Shown here one piece after another: positions 1-11,570 of a stretch of 45,424 nucleotides of DNA (within the stretch, counting starts at the first letter, position 1; every line of letters begins with the position of its first letter). The stretch is from Rhodospirillales bacterium (lineage in GTDB: Bacteria > Pseudomonadota > Alphaproteobacteria > Bin95), in NCBI GenBank assembly GCA_038143065.1, contig JAYQLI010000013.1, positions 1-45,424 on the forward strand, in the 5' to 3' direction. The position numbers and the translations under genes were made by a program. A model generated the notes under the pieces. The model saw only the letters and a program-made list of their open reading frames with translations, was not told where the DNA came from and searched no databases.

Positions 1-118
1 GTTATCAAAGCTTTATTGGAATTTTTTGGCGTCATAAGTTTTATAAAACCTACAATAAAAGTACTAACCTGATCATAATAGCATTATCATAAAATCAAGT
101 AGTTTTGCTTTAAACAAA

Positions 119-158
119 CGTTCATCAAATTTTTACAAAACTGTCATTTCAAATTTAC
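119..158 (+). promoter_or_regulatory. Pho box (PhoB-binding heptads at 11-bp spacing)
   Basis: CGTTCAT(119)-TTTTTAC(130)-CTGTCAT(141)-AATTTAC(152) at exact 11-bp period with A/T-rich spacers, upstream of pstS; CTGTCAT is the consensus half-site. Confidence 0.7.
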
Positions 159-232
159 AAACCTTTATTAACCAGCGGGTATTCGAGCAATCGGCTCGCG
201 TCTGTTTAAAAGTCTATAACAAGGAATGATTT

Positions 233-1247
233 ATGACCTTTTTGAAAATAGCAGTCTCAACATTAAGTGCAGTGTCATTATCAGCGAGTTTTGCTTTTGC
301 TCGCGATAACGTACATGCTGCAGGTTCATCAACGGTGCTACCTTACGCCGCAATCGTCGCTGAAGCTTTTGGAGAAAATTTTGATTTTCCTACACCGCTG
401 ATCGAGTCTGGTGGTTCTGGAGCGGGTCGCAAAAATGTGTGAAGGGGTTGGCGCTAATACAACAGATATTGCAAACTCATCCAGTCGGATAAAGCAGAGT
501 GACATAGATAATTGTGCATCGAATGGTGTGACCGATATTATGGAAGTGCGTATTGGGTACGATGGCATAGTATTCGCAAGCCGGTTGGAAACCAAAGGTT
601 TTGAAAACCTAACACCGATGCACATTTATTTGGCGGCAAGTGACAAGTCTAATGCATCTAATTGGCAAGCCATAGATCCTGCTATGCCAGACCGTGAAAT
701 CATGTTGTTTATCCCAGGAACAAAGCATGGAACTCGTGAAGTATTTGAGAAAAAAGTAATGTTGGCAGGCTGTAAGAAGGCCGGTTCTTATGATTTGTTC
801 TTCAAACAGAATGGCGGAGATAAAGAGGCCGAGAAAGAGTGCTTTAAAGTTCGCACCGACGGTCGTTCTGTAGATATTGACGGCGACTATACCGAGACTT
901 TGGCACGTTTGGCATCAAATCCAAACGGCATTGGTGTTTTCGGTTTAAGCTTTCTATTGAATAATACTGACACGATATATGCAGCAAAGATAAATGGAGT
1001 TGAAGCTTCAACGGAGACCATTGCAAGTGGTGTCTATCCAGTGTCTCGCCCTCTGTATTTTTACGTCAAAATGCAACATTTGGGAGTGATCCCAGGATTG
1101 CAGGAATATGTTGATTTCTTTGTTAGCGATGAAATCGCAGGTCCTGACGGTCCACTGTCTGAATACGGCTTGGTTTCCGATCCTGAATTGGCGGCTACTC
1201 AAGCCATGGTTGCAGACGGTGGAACTAAAATGGCTCCGTTGAATTAA
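233..1247 (+). CDS. pstS: Phosphate ABC transporter substrate-binding protein (frameshift near 430-440)
   Basis: Signal peptide then AGSSTVLPY, ESGGSGAG, IANSSSRIK, GYDGIV, YPVSRPLYFY motifs across ORFs 233..442 and 411..1247. Confidence 0.92.
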
Positions 1248-1268
1248 TCGAAACAAGATTACTGAAGT

Positions 1269-1296
1269 GAGCGCGCTGTACACAGGGCGCTCTTTT
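1269..1296 (+). terminator. Rho-independent terminator after pstS
   Basis: GAGCGCGCTG-TACA-CAGGGCGCTC hairpin (one mismatch) followed by TTTT. Confidence 0.65.
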
Positions 1297-1396
1297 CGTT
1301 TGTTCTAAACTGAATATTTCTTTCTAGGTCCAATTCGGGACCCAAAAGCCGGTATTATAGCTGATGAAGCTCAACGTTGATAAAAAAGTTAAGCCG

Positions 1397-2396
1397 ATGC
1401 CACTTGTAGCGATCAACGGCCTTGGTCGTATCGGAAAGCTCGCTCTGAAGCCATTGCTAGAACGCGGTGTAAAGATCGCGTGGATCAATGATGCTGTCGG
1501 CAGACCCAGAGATGCACGCACATCTGCTCGAGTTTGATACGGTTCATGGCCGATGGACAGCAGATTTTTCATACGATGCTGATAGCCTCACAATCGACGG
1601 TACGCGCGTTCCGTTCATTGGGACGCGGGACATATCTGAGTTGCCTCTGGATGGTATCGATGTGGTTATCGACTGTACTGGGGTCTTTAAGACAGAGGCC
1701 AAAATCGCGCCCTACTTTGATGCCGGGGTAAAGAAGGTTTTGGTTTCAGCGCCGGTTAAGGACGTTAATGCCGCGAACATCGTTTATGGTGTCAATGAAG
1801 GCATCTATGACCCAGACCACCACCGCATTGTTACTGCAGCCAGTTGTACGACTAATTGTCTTGCTCCTTTGGTGAAAGTGATCCATGAGAACCTGACCAT
1901 TAAACACGGGTCGATCACGACGATCCATGATGTAACGAACACCCAAACGATTGCAGACCGGCCTGCTAAAGACTTGCGCCGAGCTCGATCTGCGCTGAAC
2001 TCTCTGATCCCGACCACCACAGGCAGTGCCACGGCGATTACACTGATCTACCCGGAACTGACAGGTCGCTTGAATGGGCATGCCGTACGGGTCCCCCTGC
2101 TCAACGCTTCTTTGACGGACTGCGTGTTCGAAGTAGAGCGCGCAACGACAGCGCAAGAGGTTAACGGCTTGTTCAAGGCCGCAGCAGAGGGATCTTTGCA
2201 GGGCATTCTGGGCTACGAGGAACGACCTCTCGTATCGACCGATTACACTAATGACACACGCTCCTGCATCGTGGATGCGCTATCGACCATGGTCATCAAT
2301 GGTACGCAGGTGAAGATTTATGCGTGGTACGACAACGAAATGGGCTATGCCTACCGTCTGGTTGATGTGGCCTGTATGGTTGGGGACAGTCTGTGA
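1397..2396 (+). CDS. ArsJ-associated glyceraldehyde-3-phosphate dehydrogenase (frameshift near 1500)
   Basis: My translation from ATG 1397: [17 protein letters not shown]; catalytic [26 protein letters not shown] in ORF 1488..2396; directly upstream of arsJ. Confidence 0.92.
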
Positions 2397-3661
2397 GAGA
2401 CGCTTCCACGTGGCCCAAGGGCCTACCTGCCTATATCGCGGTCACGGCGGCCTATTGGGCTTTCATGCTGACCGACGGTGCCTTGCGGATGCTGGTGCTG
2501 CTGCACTTTCACACGCTTGGGTTTTCGCCCGTGCAACTGGCCTACCTGTTCGTGCTTTACGAAATCGCAGGCATGGTCACTAACCTTTGTGCAGGATGGA
2601 TTGCTGCAAGGTTCGGGCTGACATCGACACTTTATGCAGGGCTTGGCTTGCAGGTTTTGGCGTTGTTGGCCATGGCGCAACTTGATCCTACATGGGTGGT
2701 CGGCGCGTCGGTTGTCTACGTAATGCTGGTCCAAGGCGCGAGCGGTATGGCAAAGACCTTGCCAAGATGTCATCCAAGTCCGCCGTCAAACTGCTTGCAC
2801 CGTCAGGTGAGGGAGGGCTGTTTCGCTGGGTCGCCATCCTTACCGGTTCAAAAAACATGGTGAAGGGGTTGGGCTTTCTTCTCGGGGCTTCACTGCTGGC
2901 CACGCTAGGCTTTGTCTGGTCGATGCTTGGGATGGCCGCTATTCTAGTTGTAATTTTGCTCGCTGTCCTGATTGCCATGCCCCGCCGGTCTGCCCAAGGG
3001 CCGCAAGGGCGTGAAGTTTTCTGAAGTATTTTCAAATTCAGCTAACGTGAATTGGCTGAGTGCCGCTCGGGTGTTCCTGTTCGGCGCGCGCGACGTCTGG
3101 TTTGTTGTTGGTATTCCGATCTATTTTTATGCGGTCCTTTCGGATGGTACAACCGTGGGAAATCGCACGGCCTTCTTTCTGATCGGCACGTTCATGGCAC
3201 TGTGGGTGATCCTGTATGGCTTGATACAGGCCAACGCCCCGCGCATTTTGCGCGCAAAGACGCGGCCCATAGATGAGCTGATAAAAGTCGCACGCGATTG
3301 GGCGTGGAGACTCGCCACGGTTCCGGCCATTCTAACAGGCGTTGCGATCATCGCGGGCGAGCCGCAGCTTTGGTTGACGATCAGCCTCCTGGCAGGGCTC
3401 TTGATCTTCGGCATTGTTTTCGCGGTGAACTCATCACTTCACTCCTACCTCATTTTGTCTTTCACCAAGGCAGAGCGGGTCACGATGGATGTAGGCTTCT
3501 ATTACATGGCCAATGCGGCGGGCCGTCTGGCAGGAACGTTATTATCCGGCCTTACCTATCAGATTGGTGGGCTTCCCTTGATGCTTGGCGTAGCGGCGTT
3601 CATGGTTGCACTTTCGGCAATGATGGTTGGGCTTCTGAAGCCAGAGCGTTCGCAGCCATAA
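2393..3661 (+). CDS. arsJ: Organoarsenical efflux MFS transporter ArsJ (two frameshifts)
   Basis: [64 protein letters not shown] across three ORFs; GTGA overlap with the gapdh stop. Confidence 0.9.
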
Positions 3662-3754
3662 TGATTGTGGATATCAGTCCAAGATAGATAACCGGCGAAC
3701 GATTATTTGGGAAGCTGGCATTAATGACGCCGCGGCATTGGTCGCATAGGGCTC

Positions 3755-4172
3755 TAGCTGCCATTCGCTGCGTGATCATTTAACGACTGCTGTGGGGGAA
3801 TTTGCCGACTTTTTTAACGTGTGATCCGAACGGCTGCTTAGTTTTCAGACAATGTAAAAATCTGTCTTTTTTCAAAGTGAATTCAATATTTTGTTTCACC
3901 AAACCTATCATTTCTCAGATTGCTAAAATGGTTTGATCTGTCGTCACAAAGTTCTTTTTATTCTAACGCTTTGTTTACACGATTGGCCCACGTTACTTGT
4001 GGGACTAAGCGGGACCTGATTTCCAAGTTAGAAATAATAAATTAATGATATCAATTAACTAAGTTGAATACTTGGTGCCCAGGAGAGGACGTCGTACTTT
4101 CTATACTTCTATTTAATTACATATACTTATTTTAAGGTTGAAATTATAAAGCGGTCCCGAAAACGGTCCTTC
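3755..4172. repeat. Copy 1 of a ~370-bp direct repeat; att-like site with tRNA-Leu 3' fragment and putative integrase arm sites
   Basis: Aligns by eye with 39820-40312; GGGAC pair at 4001/4011 and inverted GTCCC/GTCCT pair at 4154/4166 flank the core. Confidence 0.85.
4073..4090 (-). mobile_element. att core: 3'-terminal 18 nt of a tRNA-Leu
   Basis: Reverse complement GTCCTCTCCTGGGCACCA matches from memory the 3' end (with CCA) of alphaproteobacterial tRNA-Leu(CAG); remainder of the tRNA is absent. Confidence 0.75.
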
Positions 4173-4367
4173 GGATGTATAGTGGAGTGATTGCTTTATG
4201 CAACCAGCCGCTGCGGTGGGAGGAGTATATCATTCTTTAGCTTTCGTTCCGCCAAGTGAGAATGGGGATGCATAAGTAATCTGTCGCCAAGATTATATGA
4301 GTAACATACATGCAAGCTTCGTAGTAAAGCTAAAGTGCCTTGTCGAAAATTGTTCAGGAAATCTAGG

Positions 4368-5510
4368 ATGGTATCTCAGATTGCTCACGACTCACAAACA
4401 TCAATGGTCGAAGTAAAAACCGGTCTCTCGCTGTATACTGTCGAACTCGGTAACCCAGATGGCGCACCGATGCTGGTGCTGCACGGCGGCTGGGGACCAG
4501 CGGAAAATGAAGAGCACAGGTTGGATATTTTGAGCGAAGAGATACGTTCTAAGTTTCGAATAATCTACTTTCATCAACGCGGGTGGGGACGGTCGAAAAT
4601 TGAAGAGGTTACTGGTACCGATACCTCCACCGGCATTGACGCAAACATCGCCGATTGTGAAGTGTTAAGGCAGCATTTTGGTATCGACAAATGGGCAGTT
4701 GTTTATGGCGGTTCGAATGGCGCTACTCTAGGGTTGGCGTATGCCGCCAAATATTTTGGGAGTACTGTTTCCGGTTTGGTATTGCGCGGATTATGGCTGA
4801 TTCGGGAGCAGGATTTGGACCACGACTATGGGGACGGTAAAAACGGCAAGGGAAAGTATTATCCTGCGCAGTGGCGCCATTTCATCGGGCATGTTGGGTA
4901 CAAGACACGAGCTGATTTGGAAAGATTGGAAAAATCTGAAAATCCCGGGTTAGAACTCGTAAACAAATATTGGGAATTGATGACGGGCGATAGCCCAGAG
5001 GAAAGTCAAAAAGCAGCGGTAAGCTGGTTGAAGTGGGATGGTCTGGGCGCAACTGTAGGTGCCAACAATGCTAATCCCCCCGCAACCAGTATCGAGCTAC
5101 TGACCTCAAATGAGGATATTGTTAAGTTGGGTTTGAGCTTTTACAAGAGTTTGAATTCGCATGCCTCTTCAATTAACTCGAAAAACTTTCTTGAGACATT
5201 AGTTGCGAAAATCAACGGAAATGATGAGCGTGTTATTGAAAGTCGCGAGGAACTTGTTCTCTCTTTACGAAAAAAAATAAGATTGATCACCGGCGAATTC
5301 GACATGCTATGCCCCCCCATTTTTGCCTACGAAGTTATCGAAAAGCTATTAGAGAGCGGCGCAGATACGGACGAGCGAACTGAAAGTGAAAGTTTTGCGC
5401 TGAAGAAAACATGCCAGATTGTAAAGGGGGCTTCCCATACTCAATACGACCCGGGCATGCCCGATGCTATTCAGAAAGCGATGCTTGAAATTGCGTTTGG
5501 TGAGCAATAG
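4368..5510 (+). CDS. Alpha/beta hydrolase, proline iminopeptidase-like (S33)
   Basis: LGNPDGAPMLVLHGG, FHQRGWGRS, nucleophile GGSNG, LVLRG, GEFDMLCP (Asp), GASH (His). Confidence 0.75.
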   Translation: MVSQIAHDSQTSMVEVKTGLSLYTVELGNPDGAPMLVLHGGWGPAENEEHRLDILSEEIRSKFRIIYFHQRGWGRSKIEEVTGTDTSTGIDANIADCEVLRQHFGIDKWAVVYGGSNGATLGLAYAAKYFGSTVSGLVLRGLWLIREQDLDHDYGDGKNGKGKYYPAQWRHFIGHVGYKTRADLERLEKSENPGLELVNKYWELMTGDSPEESQKAAVSWLKWDGLGATVGANNANPPATSIELLTSNEDIVKLGLSFYKSLNSHASSINSKNFLETLVAKINGNDERVIESREELVLSLRKKIRLITGEFDMLCPPIFAYEVIEKLLESGADTDERTESESFALKKTCQIVKGASHTQYDPGMPDAIQKAMLEIAFGEQ

Positions 5511-5648
5511 TTGTCTAGTCCCCTATATTCGTCCATCCATTTTTGTTTTTCTGTAAAAATGTTTTTGGGACTGATGTTTTCATGTTTAGGGCGTGATAAG
5601 GCCTGATTTGATTATATTGCCCAGCCAGATGTGGGTCGCGATCTCTCC

Positions 5649-6275
5649 CTAGTCAACAATTGTGGCTTGCGTTGCGGTGCGCATCTCGTATTCACTGACG
5701 CCCTCGGCGCATTCAACGATTTTCAGACCCCCTTCAACCACGTCAAGAACACCCAAATTCGTGATAATCCGATCAACGACACCTTTGCCGGTTAACGGCA
5801 ATGTACAAGCTTTCAGCACTTTACTGTGCCCATGTTTGTTGGTGTGATCCATCACCACAACCACACGGCCCACACCAGACACCAAATCCATCGCGCCGCC
5901 CATGCCTTTGACCAGCTTACCGGGGATCATCCAATTGGCCAGATCACCATTTTCTGCCACTTCCATCGCGCCCAAGATCGCCATTGCAATCTTACCGCCA
6001 CGGATCATGCCAAAGCTGGTGGCGCTGTCGAAATAGGCGGTTTGCGGCAATTCGGTAATGGTCTGTTTGCCAGCGTTAATGAGATCGGGGTCTTCCATGC
6101 CTTCGATCGGAAAGGGCCCCATGCCCAGCATTCCGTTTTCCGATTGCAGCGTGACCTCGATCCCATCAGGGATATAGTTGCTGACAAGCGTCGGAATGCC
6201 GATGCCAAGGTTGACGTACCAGCCATCTTGCAGCTCTTGCGCAGCGCGCGCGGCCATTTGATTACGGTCCCACAT
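5649..6275 (-). CDS. scoB: 3-oxoacid CoA-transferase subunit B
   Basis: [14 protein letters not shown] (catalytic Glu), GMGGAMDLV; RBS AGGAGA before MWDRNQMA. Confidence 0.9.
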   Translation of the reverse strand: MWDRNQMAARAAQELQDGWYVNLGIGIPTLVSNYIPDGIEVTLQSENGMLGMGPFPIEGMEDPDLINAGKQTITELPQTAYFDSATSFGMIRGGKIAMAILGAMEVAENGDLANWMIPGKLVKGMGGAMDLVSGVGRVVVVMDHTNKHGHSKVLKACTLPLTGKGVVDRIITNLGVLDVVEGGLKIVECAEGVSEYEMRTATQATIVD

Positions 6276-6288
6276 GATCAAATCTCCT

Positions 6289-6987
6289 CTATGCGGCTGG
6301 GCGCGTTGTGCGCTGTTCAATGCGTTTTTCATGTTCACCCTGGATCAATCGGTGCACATAAATCCCTGGAAGATGAATAGAGTCGGGATCAAGCGATCCA
6401 GTTTCGACGATTTCTTCAACCTCGACGACGCAGGTCTTGCCGCACATAGCTGCTGGTGGATTAAAGTTGCGCGCTGTTTTGCGAAACACAAGATTGCCAG
6501 TTTCATCGGCTTTCCAGGCTTTTACAATCGCCAGATCAGCAAAAATGCCGCGCTCCATGATATAGGTTTCACCTTCAAAATCTTTGTGCTCTTTGCCCTC
6601 GGCAATCACAGTCCCTACGCCAGTTTTAGTATAAAACCCAGGGATACCGCAGCCACCTGCGCGCATCCGCTCAGCCAACGTGCCTTGCGGATTGAACTCA
6701 AGCTCTAATTCGCCCGAAAGATACTGGCGCATAAATTCGGCGTTTTCCCCTACATAAGAGCTAACCATCTTTTTGACCTGCTTGGTTTGTAGCAATATCC
6801 CAATGCCAAAATCATCGACGCCAGCATTGTTCGACGCAAAGGTCATATCCTTGGTGCCGGCCTCTTTGATGGCCTGCAAAAGCAGTTCCGGTATCCCGCA
6901 CAAGCCAAAGCCGCCCGATGCAACAAACATTCCGTCAAACAGCAACCCGTCCAATGCCTGCGCAGCTGAGCCGTATATTTTCTTCAT
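6289..6987 (-). CDS. scoA: 3-oxoacid CoA-transferase subunit A
   Basis: [44 protein letters not shown]. Confidence 0.9.
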   Translation of the reverse strand: MKKIYGSAAQALDGLLFDGMFVASGGFGLCGIPELLLQAIKEAGTKDMTFASNNAGVDDFGIGILLQTKQVKKMVSSYVGENAEFMRQYLSGELELEFNPQGTLAERMRAGGCGIPGFYTKTGVGTVIAEGKEHKDFEGETYIMERGIFADLAIVKAWKADETGNLVFRKTARNFNPPAAMCGKTCVVEVEEIVETGSLDPDSIHLPGIYVHRLIQGEHEKRIEQRTTRPAA

Positions 6988-7208
6988 CAGAAGACACTCC
7001 TTATTATGATCTCAACGAATTATGGAAAAGCTTTAAGACAGTTTTAGCCAATGCAATGCAGCTTGATCCTTGGCCATTGATGTTGAAAACATCATCCACA
7101 ACTTTTGTCGTCAACCCATCCAACGAGTAAATCATACCTTTTTTATACATTGGGTTGCCGTGTTTAGTCCTGATTTTCACGATGACTGACGCCCAACTCA
7201 GCGCGACA

Positions 7209-8734
7209 CTACATCTGCGCATAGGTTTGCCAGGGAGCAAATTCTGCGTCACCGATATCCAATTCTTCCGACCGAGTTTTGGAGCCAGATGCCGTTTCCA
7301 AGATAGTTTCGAAAATCCGCTGGCCCGCTTCAGCAACGGACTCCGTCCCTTCCGCAATTGCACCGCAATTCAAGTCCATATCGTCTTTCATCTGCGAGTA
7401 CATGGAGGAATTTGACGCAATTTTAATTGATGGTACTGGCTTGTTTCCGGAGCAAGAGCCTCGCCCAGTCGTAACGCAAATAATATTGCAACCGGAAGCA
7501 ACTTCTCCAGTGATCGAAACTGGATCGTAGCCCGGACTGTCGACGAAAACCAATCCTTTTGATTTGATTGTTTCTCCGTATTTATAAACTCCGTTTAAAT
7601 TCGTCGTTCCAGCTTTTGCAACTGCCCCAAGCGATTTTTCCAATATTGTGGTCAGGCCGCCTGCCTTGTTTCCCGGCGTCGGATTATTGTTCATCTCCGA
7701 ACCGTGTTTCGTTGAATAGTCTTCCCACCACTCCAAAAGTTCGACCAACTTTTGTCCAACTTCTGTAGAGGCCGCACGGTCTGTCAACAAATGCTCGGCG
7801 CCATAGATTTCGGGGGTCTCGGCCAGTGCCGCAGTTCCACCGTTTTTGACCAGAAGATCCACCGCGTATCCAAGCGCAGGATTTGCTGTTATTCCAGAAT
7901 ATCCATCCGATCCACCGCATTGCAAAGCAACACTGAGATGAGAAGCATCGACTGGTTCGCGCTTTGCTTTTGCGGCTTCCGCCAATGCCGTCTCAAGCCA
8001 CAGCAGTCCCTTCTCCACTGACTTTCGTGTACCGCCAGCGCTTTGCAATGTGTAGTACTGAAAGGTCTTATCTTGCGGTTTACCGTAGGCTTCTAACATC
8101 AATGGAATTTGGTTCGCTTCACATCCAAGGCCTAGCATAAGCACCGAAGCAAAATTCGGGTGCGTTGCATAACCCCAAATCGCGCTTTGCAATTTGCGAA
8201 AGGCCTCGTCATCCGTGCCGATACAGCATCCCGCCCCGTGCACAATGGGGACAATACCGTCAACACCGGGAAACTGATCCAATACACCCGAACGCTCCGC
8301 TTCACGTGCCAGATGCCTGGCTGCAGAGGCAGAGCAGTTCACTGAGGTAACGATACCCACATAGTTACGGGTCCCCACCCTCCCATCAGCTCTGCGATAT
8401 CCTTGGAAAGTCGCCCGCTCGCGCTCCAGAACAAACTGTGTTTCCTGCGCCTTACTCCCGTAACTTTGAGACCGTTTAAATTGTGCCATTTCAACGTTGT
8501 GAACGTGAACGTGTTCCCCGCGTTGGATGTCTTTTGTCGCAAGACCAATGACACGTCCGTATTTGATGATCTCTTCACCGGGTGCAATTTCGTTAAGGCG
8601 ATTTTGTGCCCCGATGGGATCGCGTTCTGTGCTACAAGACCGGAGGAAGAGAGCTGGCTGCCGGGTTCAATTTCTTGTAAACAAACAGCTATATTGTCAT
8701 TTTCACTCAGAGTAAGCAGGGATACATGTGACAT
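7209..8734 (-). CDS. UxaA/GarD-family altronate/galactarate dehydratase (frameshift near 8580)
   Basis: N-terminal SAF domain (DNIAV..IPSGHKIA) plus GTRNY, GLGCE, QCGGSDG, NNNPTPGNKAGGLTTILEKSLG, TTGRG. Confidence 0.88.
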
Positions 8735-8788
8735 TGGTTTTCCATTGAATATTGATTGTTACCAAGCGAAGTTTGACGGTTCTGCAGT

Positions 8789-9725
8789 TTACAAACGGAC
8801 CTGTTTCTTGTGGCGCAAAAAGGGCCATCAATTTCCTATCGCGATTGGCCTGTGCCTCCGCAACATTCGCGATCGGAATGGTTTTTTCAAAATCATCTTT
8901 GAGCTTTTCTTGAACTATAGAGGCCCAATTTACGTTTTGATAATGACCTATATCAAAATTCCGATACATATCACCATATCGCTCAACATACTGCGCAATC
9001 CCGCCTGGCGCATTTAAATGAATGGTTTGCATTGGCCCCATAAATGACCAACGCAAACCCAGCCCGTCACAAATAGCCTTATCAAGATCGGCGGCTGAAA
9101 CGATGCCACTTCCAACGAGTTTGAAGGCTTCTTCGAGCAATGCGCCTTGCAATCGATTGACGACAAACCCATCGATTTCTTCATTGAGCAAAATTGTTTC
9201 ACGGCGGCATTCCAGCATGATATCGTTCACTTTTGAGACTATATCTTTACTGGTCCATGGGCTTGGAACAATTTCAACCGCTGGAATAAGATGTGGGGGA
9301 TTAATCGGATGCACTACAAGGCACCGATATCGTCCCTTAATTTCTTCGCAATAGCGAGAGGCCGAGATCCCAGAGGTAGAACTGCAAATCGGAACGTTTT
9401 TTTCGCTGATTGCATCAAGTAATGTGGTGATTTCTTTTTTTATAACTGCGTCTTCAGGTCCGTTTTCCTGAATATAAACAGCGCCGTCCACAGCCTCTTC
9501 CAGCGTTCGAGCGATCTTAATACGCTCTAACATTCGCGTTGCCTCGGGTTGAGTGATCAATTCAAACTCTAAAAGATCGCAAATGCGCGTTTCCATCGAA
9601 TGCAAGACACAATCCATGACCTTGGCGGATTTGTCATAGAGCGCCACATCAAATCCAGCACGTGCAAAGACCGCCGCCCAGCCTTGACCAATTAAACCGC
9701 ATCCAATTATGGCCATTTTTTTCAT
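8789..9725 (-). CDS. 3-hydroxyacid dehydrogenase, L-gulonate 3-dehydrogenase/carnitine dehydrogenase (lambda-crystallin)-like
   Basis: IIGCGLIGQGW, IQENGPE, SSTS, HPINPPHLIPAVE, GFVVNRLQ, GLGLRWSFMGP; as read the ORF runs to 8703, likely true stop about 8789 after an indel. Confidence 0.8.
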
Positions 9726-9770
9726 ATTGCTTTTCCTTTATTGTCGATCTGCGATGTCCTGAATTATCGC

Positions 9771-10715
9771 TTAGAAGGCAACCTGATCCCCACCTTTCAA
9801 GCCAAGGATATCACGCGCTTCTTGCGGCGTTGCGACTTGCAAACCAAGATTCTCAATAATGCGGCGCACTTTTTCAACTTGTACGGCATTCGAAGAGGCC
9901 AACTCCCCCTTCCCAGCCCAAAGGCTATCTTCCAACCCAACCCGTACATTGCCACCCAATGTGGCAGACTGCGTGGCGATACGAAATTGGTTGGCCCCCG
10001 CACCCAGCACGGACCAGCGATAGGCATCGCCAAAAAGTCGGTCCGCTGTCCGTTTCATATGCATGACATCTTCAGCATGCGGGCCAATACCGCCCAGCAA
10101 ACCAAACACTGATTGTACGAAAAATGGAGCTTTAACCAAACCACGATCAGCAAAATGTGCCAGATTATAAAGATGCGAGATATCATAACACTCGAACTCA
10201 AACCGCGTACCATTGCCGTAACAGGTTTCCAAAACATACTCGATATCTTGAAATGAGTTTCGAAAAACGAGATCACGCGATCCTTCCAAATGCGCATACT
10301 CCCATTCATATTTGAATTCTTTAAAACGCCCCAACATCGGGAAAAGACCGAAATTCATAGAACCCATATTCAATGAAGCTAGTTCTGGTTGATATGTATC
10401 AGCTGGAGCAACGCGCTCTTTCACACTCATATATGGGCTACCGCCGGTCGTGATGTTAACCACTGCCTCAGTGCTTTGTTTGACCCGAGACAAGAAAGGA
10501 GCAAATGCCTCCGGGCTTTGATCAGGCCGTCCATCCTTTGGATTACGAGCATGAAGATGTAATATCGAAGCGCCAGCCTCTGCCGCCGCGAGTGACTCGG
10601 CGATAATCTCTTCCGGTGTTACCGGCAAATAAGCCGACATGGACGGAGTATGAATTGCACCAGTCACGGCGCATGTGATGATGACTTTGCCCGCATTGTC
10701 TTTTTGTTTTTTCAT
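9771..10715 (-). CDS. Beta-keto acid cleavage enzyme (BKACE, DUF849 / Kce family)
   Basis: IITCAVTGAIHTP, LHLHARNP (HxH), TTGG, SLNMGSMN, EFECYD, RVGLED. Confidence 0.9.
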   Translation of the reverse strand: MKKQKDNAGKVIITCAVTGAIHTPSMSAYLPVTPEEIIAESLAAAEAGASILHLHARNPKDGRPDQSPEAFAPFLSRVKQSTEAVVNITTGGSPYMSVKERVAPADTYQPELASLNMGSMNFGLFPMLGRFKEFKYEWEYAHLEGSRDLVFRNSFQDIEYVLETCYGNGTRFEFECYDISHLYNLAHFADRGLVKAPFFVQSVFGLLGGIGPHAEDVMHMKRTADRLFGDAYRWSVLGAGANQFRIATQSATLGGNVRVGLEDSLWAGKGELASSNAVQVEKVRRIIENLGLQVATPQEARDILGLKGGDQVAF

Positions 10716-10735
10716 TTTAATGTTTCCAATTTCAA

Positions 10736-11554
10736 TCAAAGAGTTTCGACATTTCCATCAACAGATATGGATTGCCCTGAAACGTTTCTGCCCAGATCTG
10801 AAATTAGATAGGCCACTGTGGAAGCAACATCCTCGGGAGAAACCATTCGGCGCAAGGATATGTTTTTTATATACTCGGCGCGCATTTCTTCAGAAGAAAC
10901 CCCAGTGGCCGCAGCACGATTGCGGATCACTCCCTCCATACGCGGGCCCTCTACTATGCCAGGAAGTACTGCGTTTACACGGATATTTTCAGGGCCCAAC
11001 TCCTTGGCAAGGCTTTGAGTCAGCCCGATCACACCGAACTTAGCTGCCGAATATGGGGTACGATAGGCGTATCCATGTTTGGCGGCTGCGGATGCCATAT
11101 TGACGAGCGCACCACCTCCACCTGCCTTGATCATGGGTATGGCTTTGCGTGCAGACAAGAACTGGCCGGTAAGACAAATATCGATACACCGGCGCCAATC
11201 ATCGGGCGAAAGGTCTTCAAGATTACCAGTTGGCCCGGCAATTCCAGCGTTGTTCACAAGAGCATCCAAGCCACCCAAGGCTTCCTGCACCGCATCAAAA
11301 AAAGTTTCTACCGCTTTTTCATCAGACACATCTGCCTCGACAGTGATGGATCCTTCCATTGCCACACTGGCTCTGCGCAGAGCAGTGGCATCCACATCGC
11401 AAATAGCAATTTTAACGCCTTGTGTGTGCAGTAAGCGGGCAATGCTGAACCCAATACCGCTTGCACCGGCCGTGATCGCAACTTTCTTGTCTTGCAAACC
11501 TGGCAAGTGAAAATCTGAAAGCTTCGAGGCAGTTTTTGAGAAATGACCGGTCAT
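10736..11554 (-). CDS. Short-chain dehydrogenase/reductase
   Basis: TAGASGIG, NNAGIAGPTG, YSAAK catalytic YxxxK, VNAVLPG. Confidence 0.9.
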   Translation of the reverse strand: MTGHFSKTASKLSDFHLPGLQDKKVAITAGASGIGFSIARLLHTQGVKIAICDVDATALRRASVAMEGSITVEADVSDEKAVETFFDAVQEALGGLDALVNNAGIAGPTGNLEDLSPDDWRRCIDICLTGQFLSARKAIPMIKAGGGGALVNMASAAAKHGYAYRTPYSAAKFGVIGLTQSLAKELGPENIRVNAVLPGIVEGPRMEGVIRNRAAATGVSSEEMRAEYIKNISLRRMVSPEDVASTVAYLISDLGRNVSGQSISVDGNVETL

Positions 11555-11570
11555 TTTATTTTCCTCGACA

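Noticed and set aside
1327-1343. GGTCC..CGGGACC upstream of gapdh as a third att arm
   Set aside because: A single short match with no tRNA core nearby; could be chance.
1397-2396. Housekeeping glycolytic gapA
   Set aside because: Coupled to arsJ and carries the GRIGKLAL and TIHDVTNTQ signature of the ArsJ-associated clade.
4073-4090. A tRNA-Leu gene
   Set aside because: Only the last 18 nt are present; the adjacent sequence cannot form the T, anticodon or D arms.
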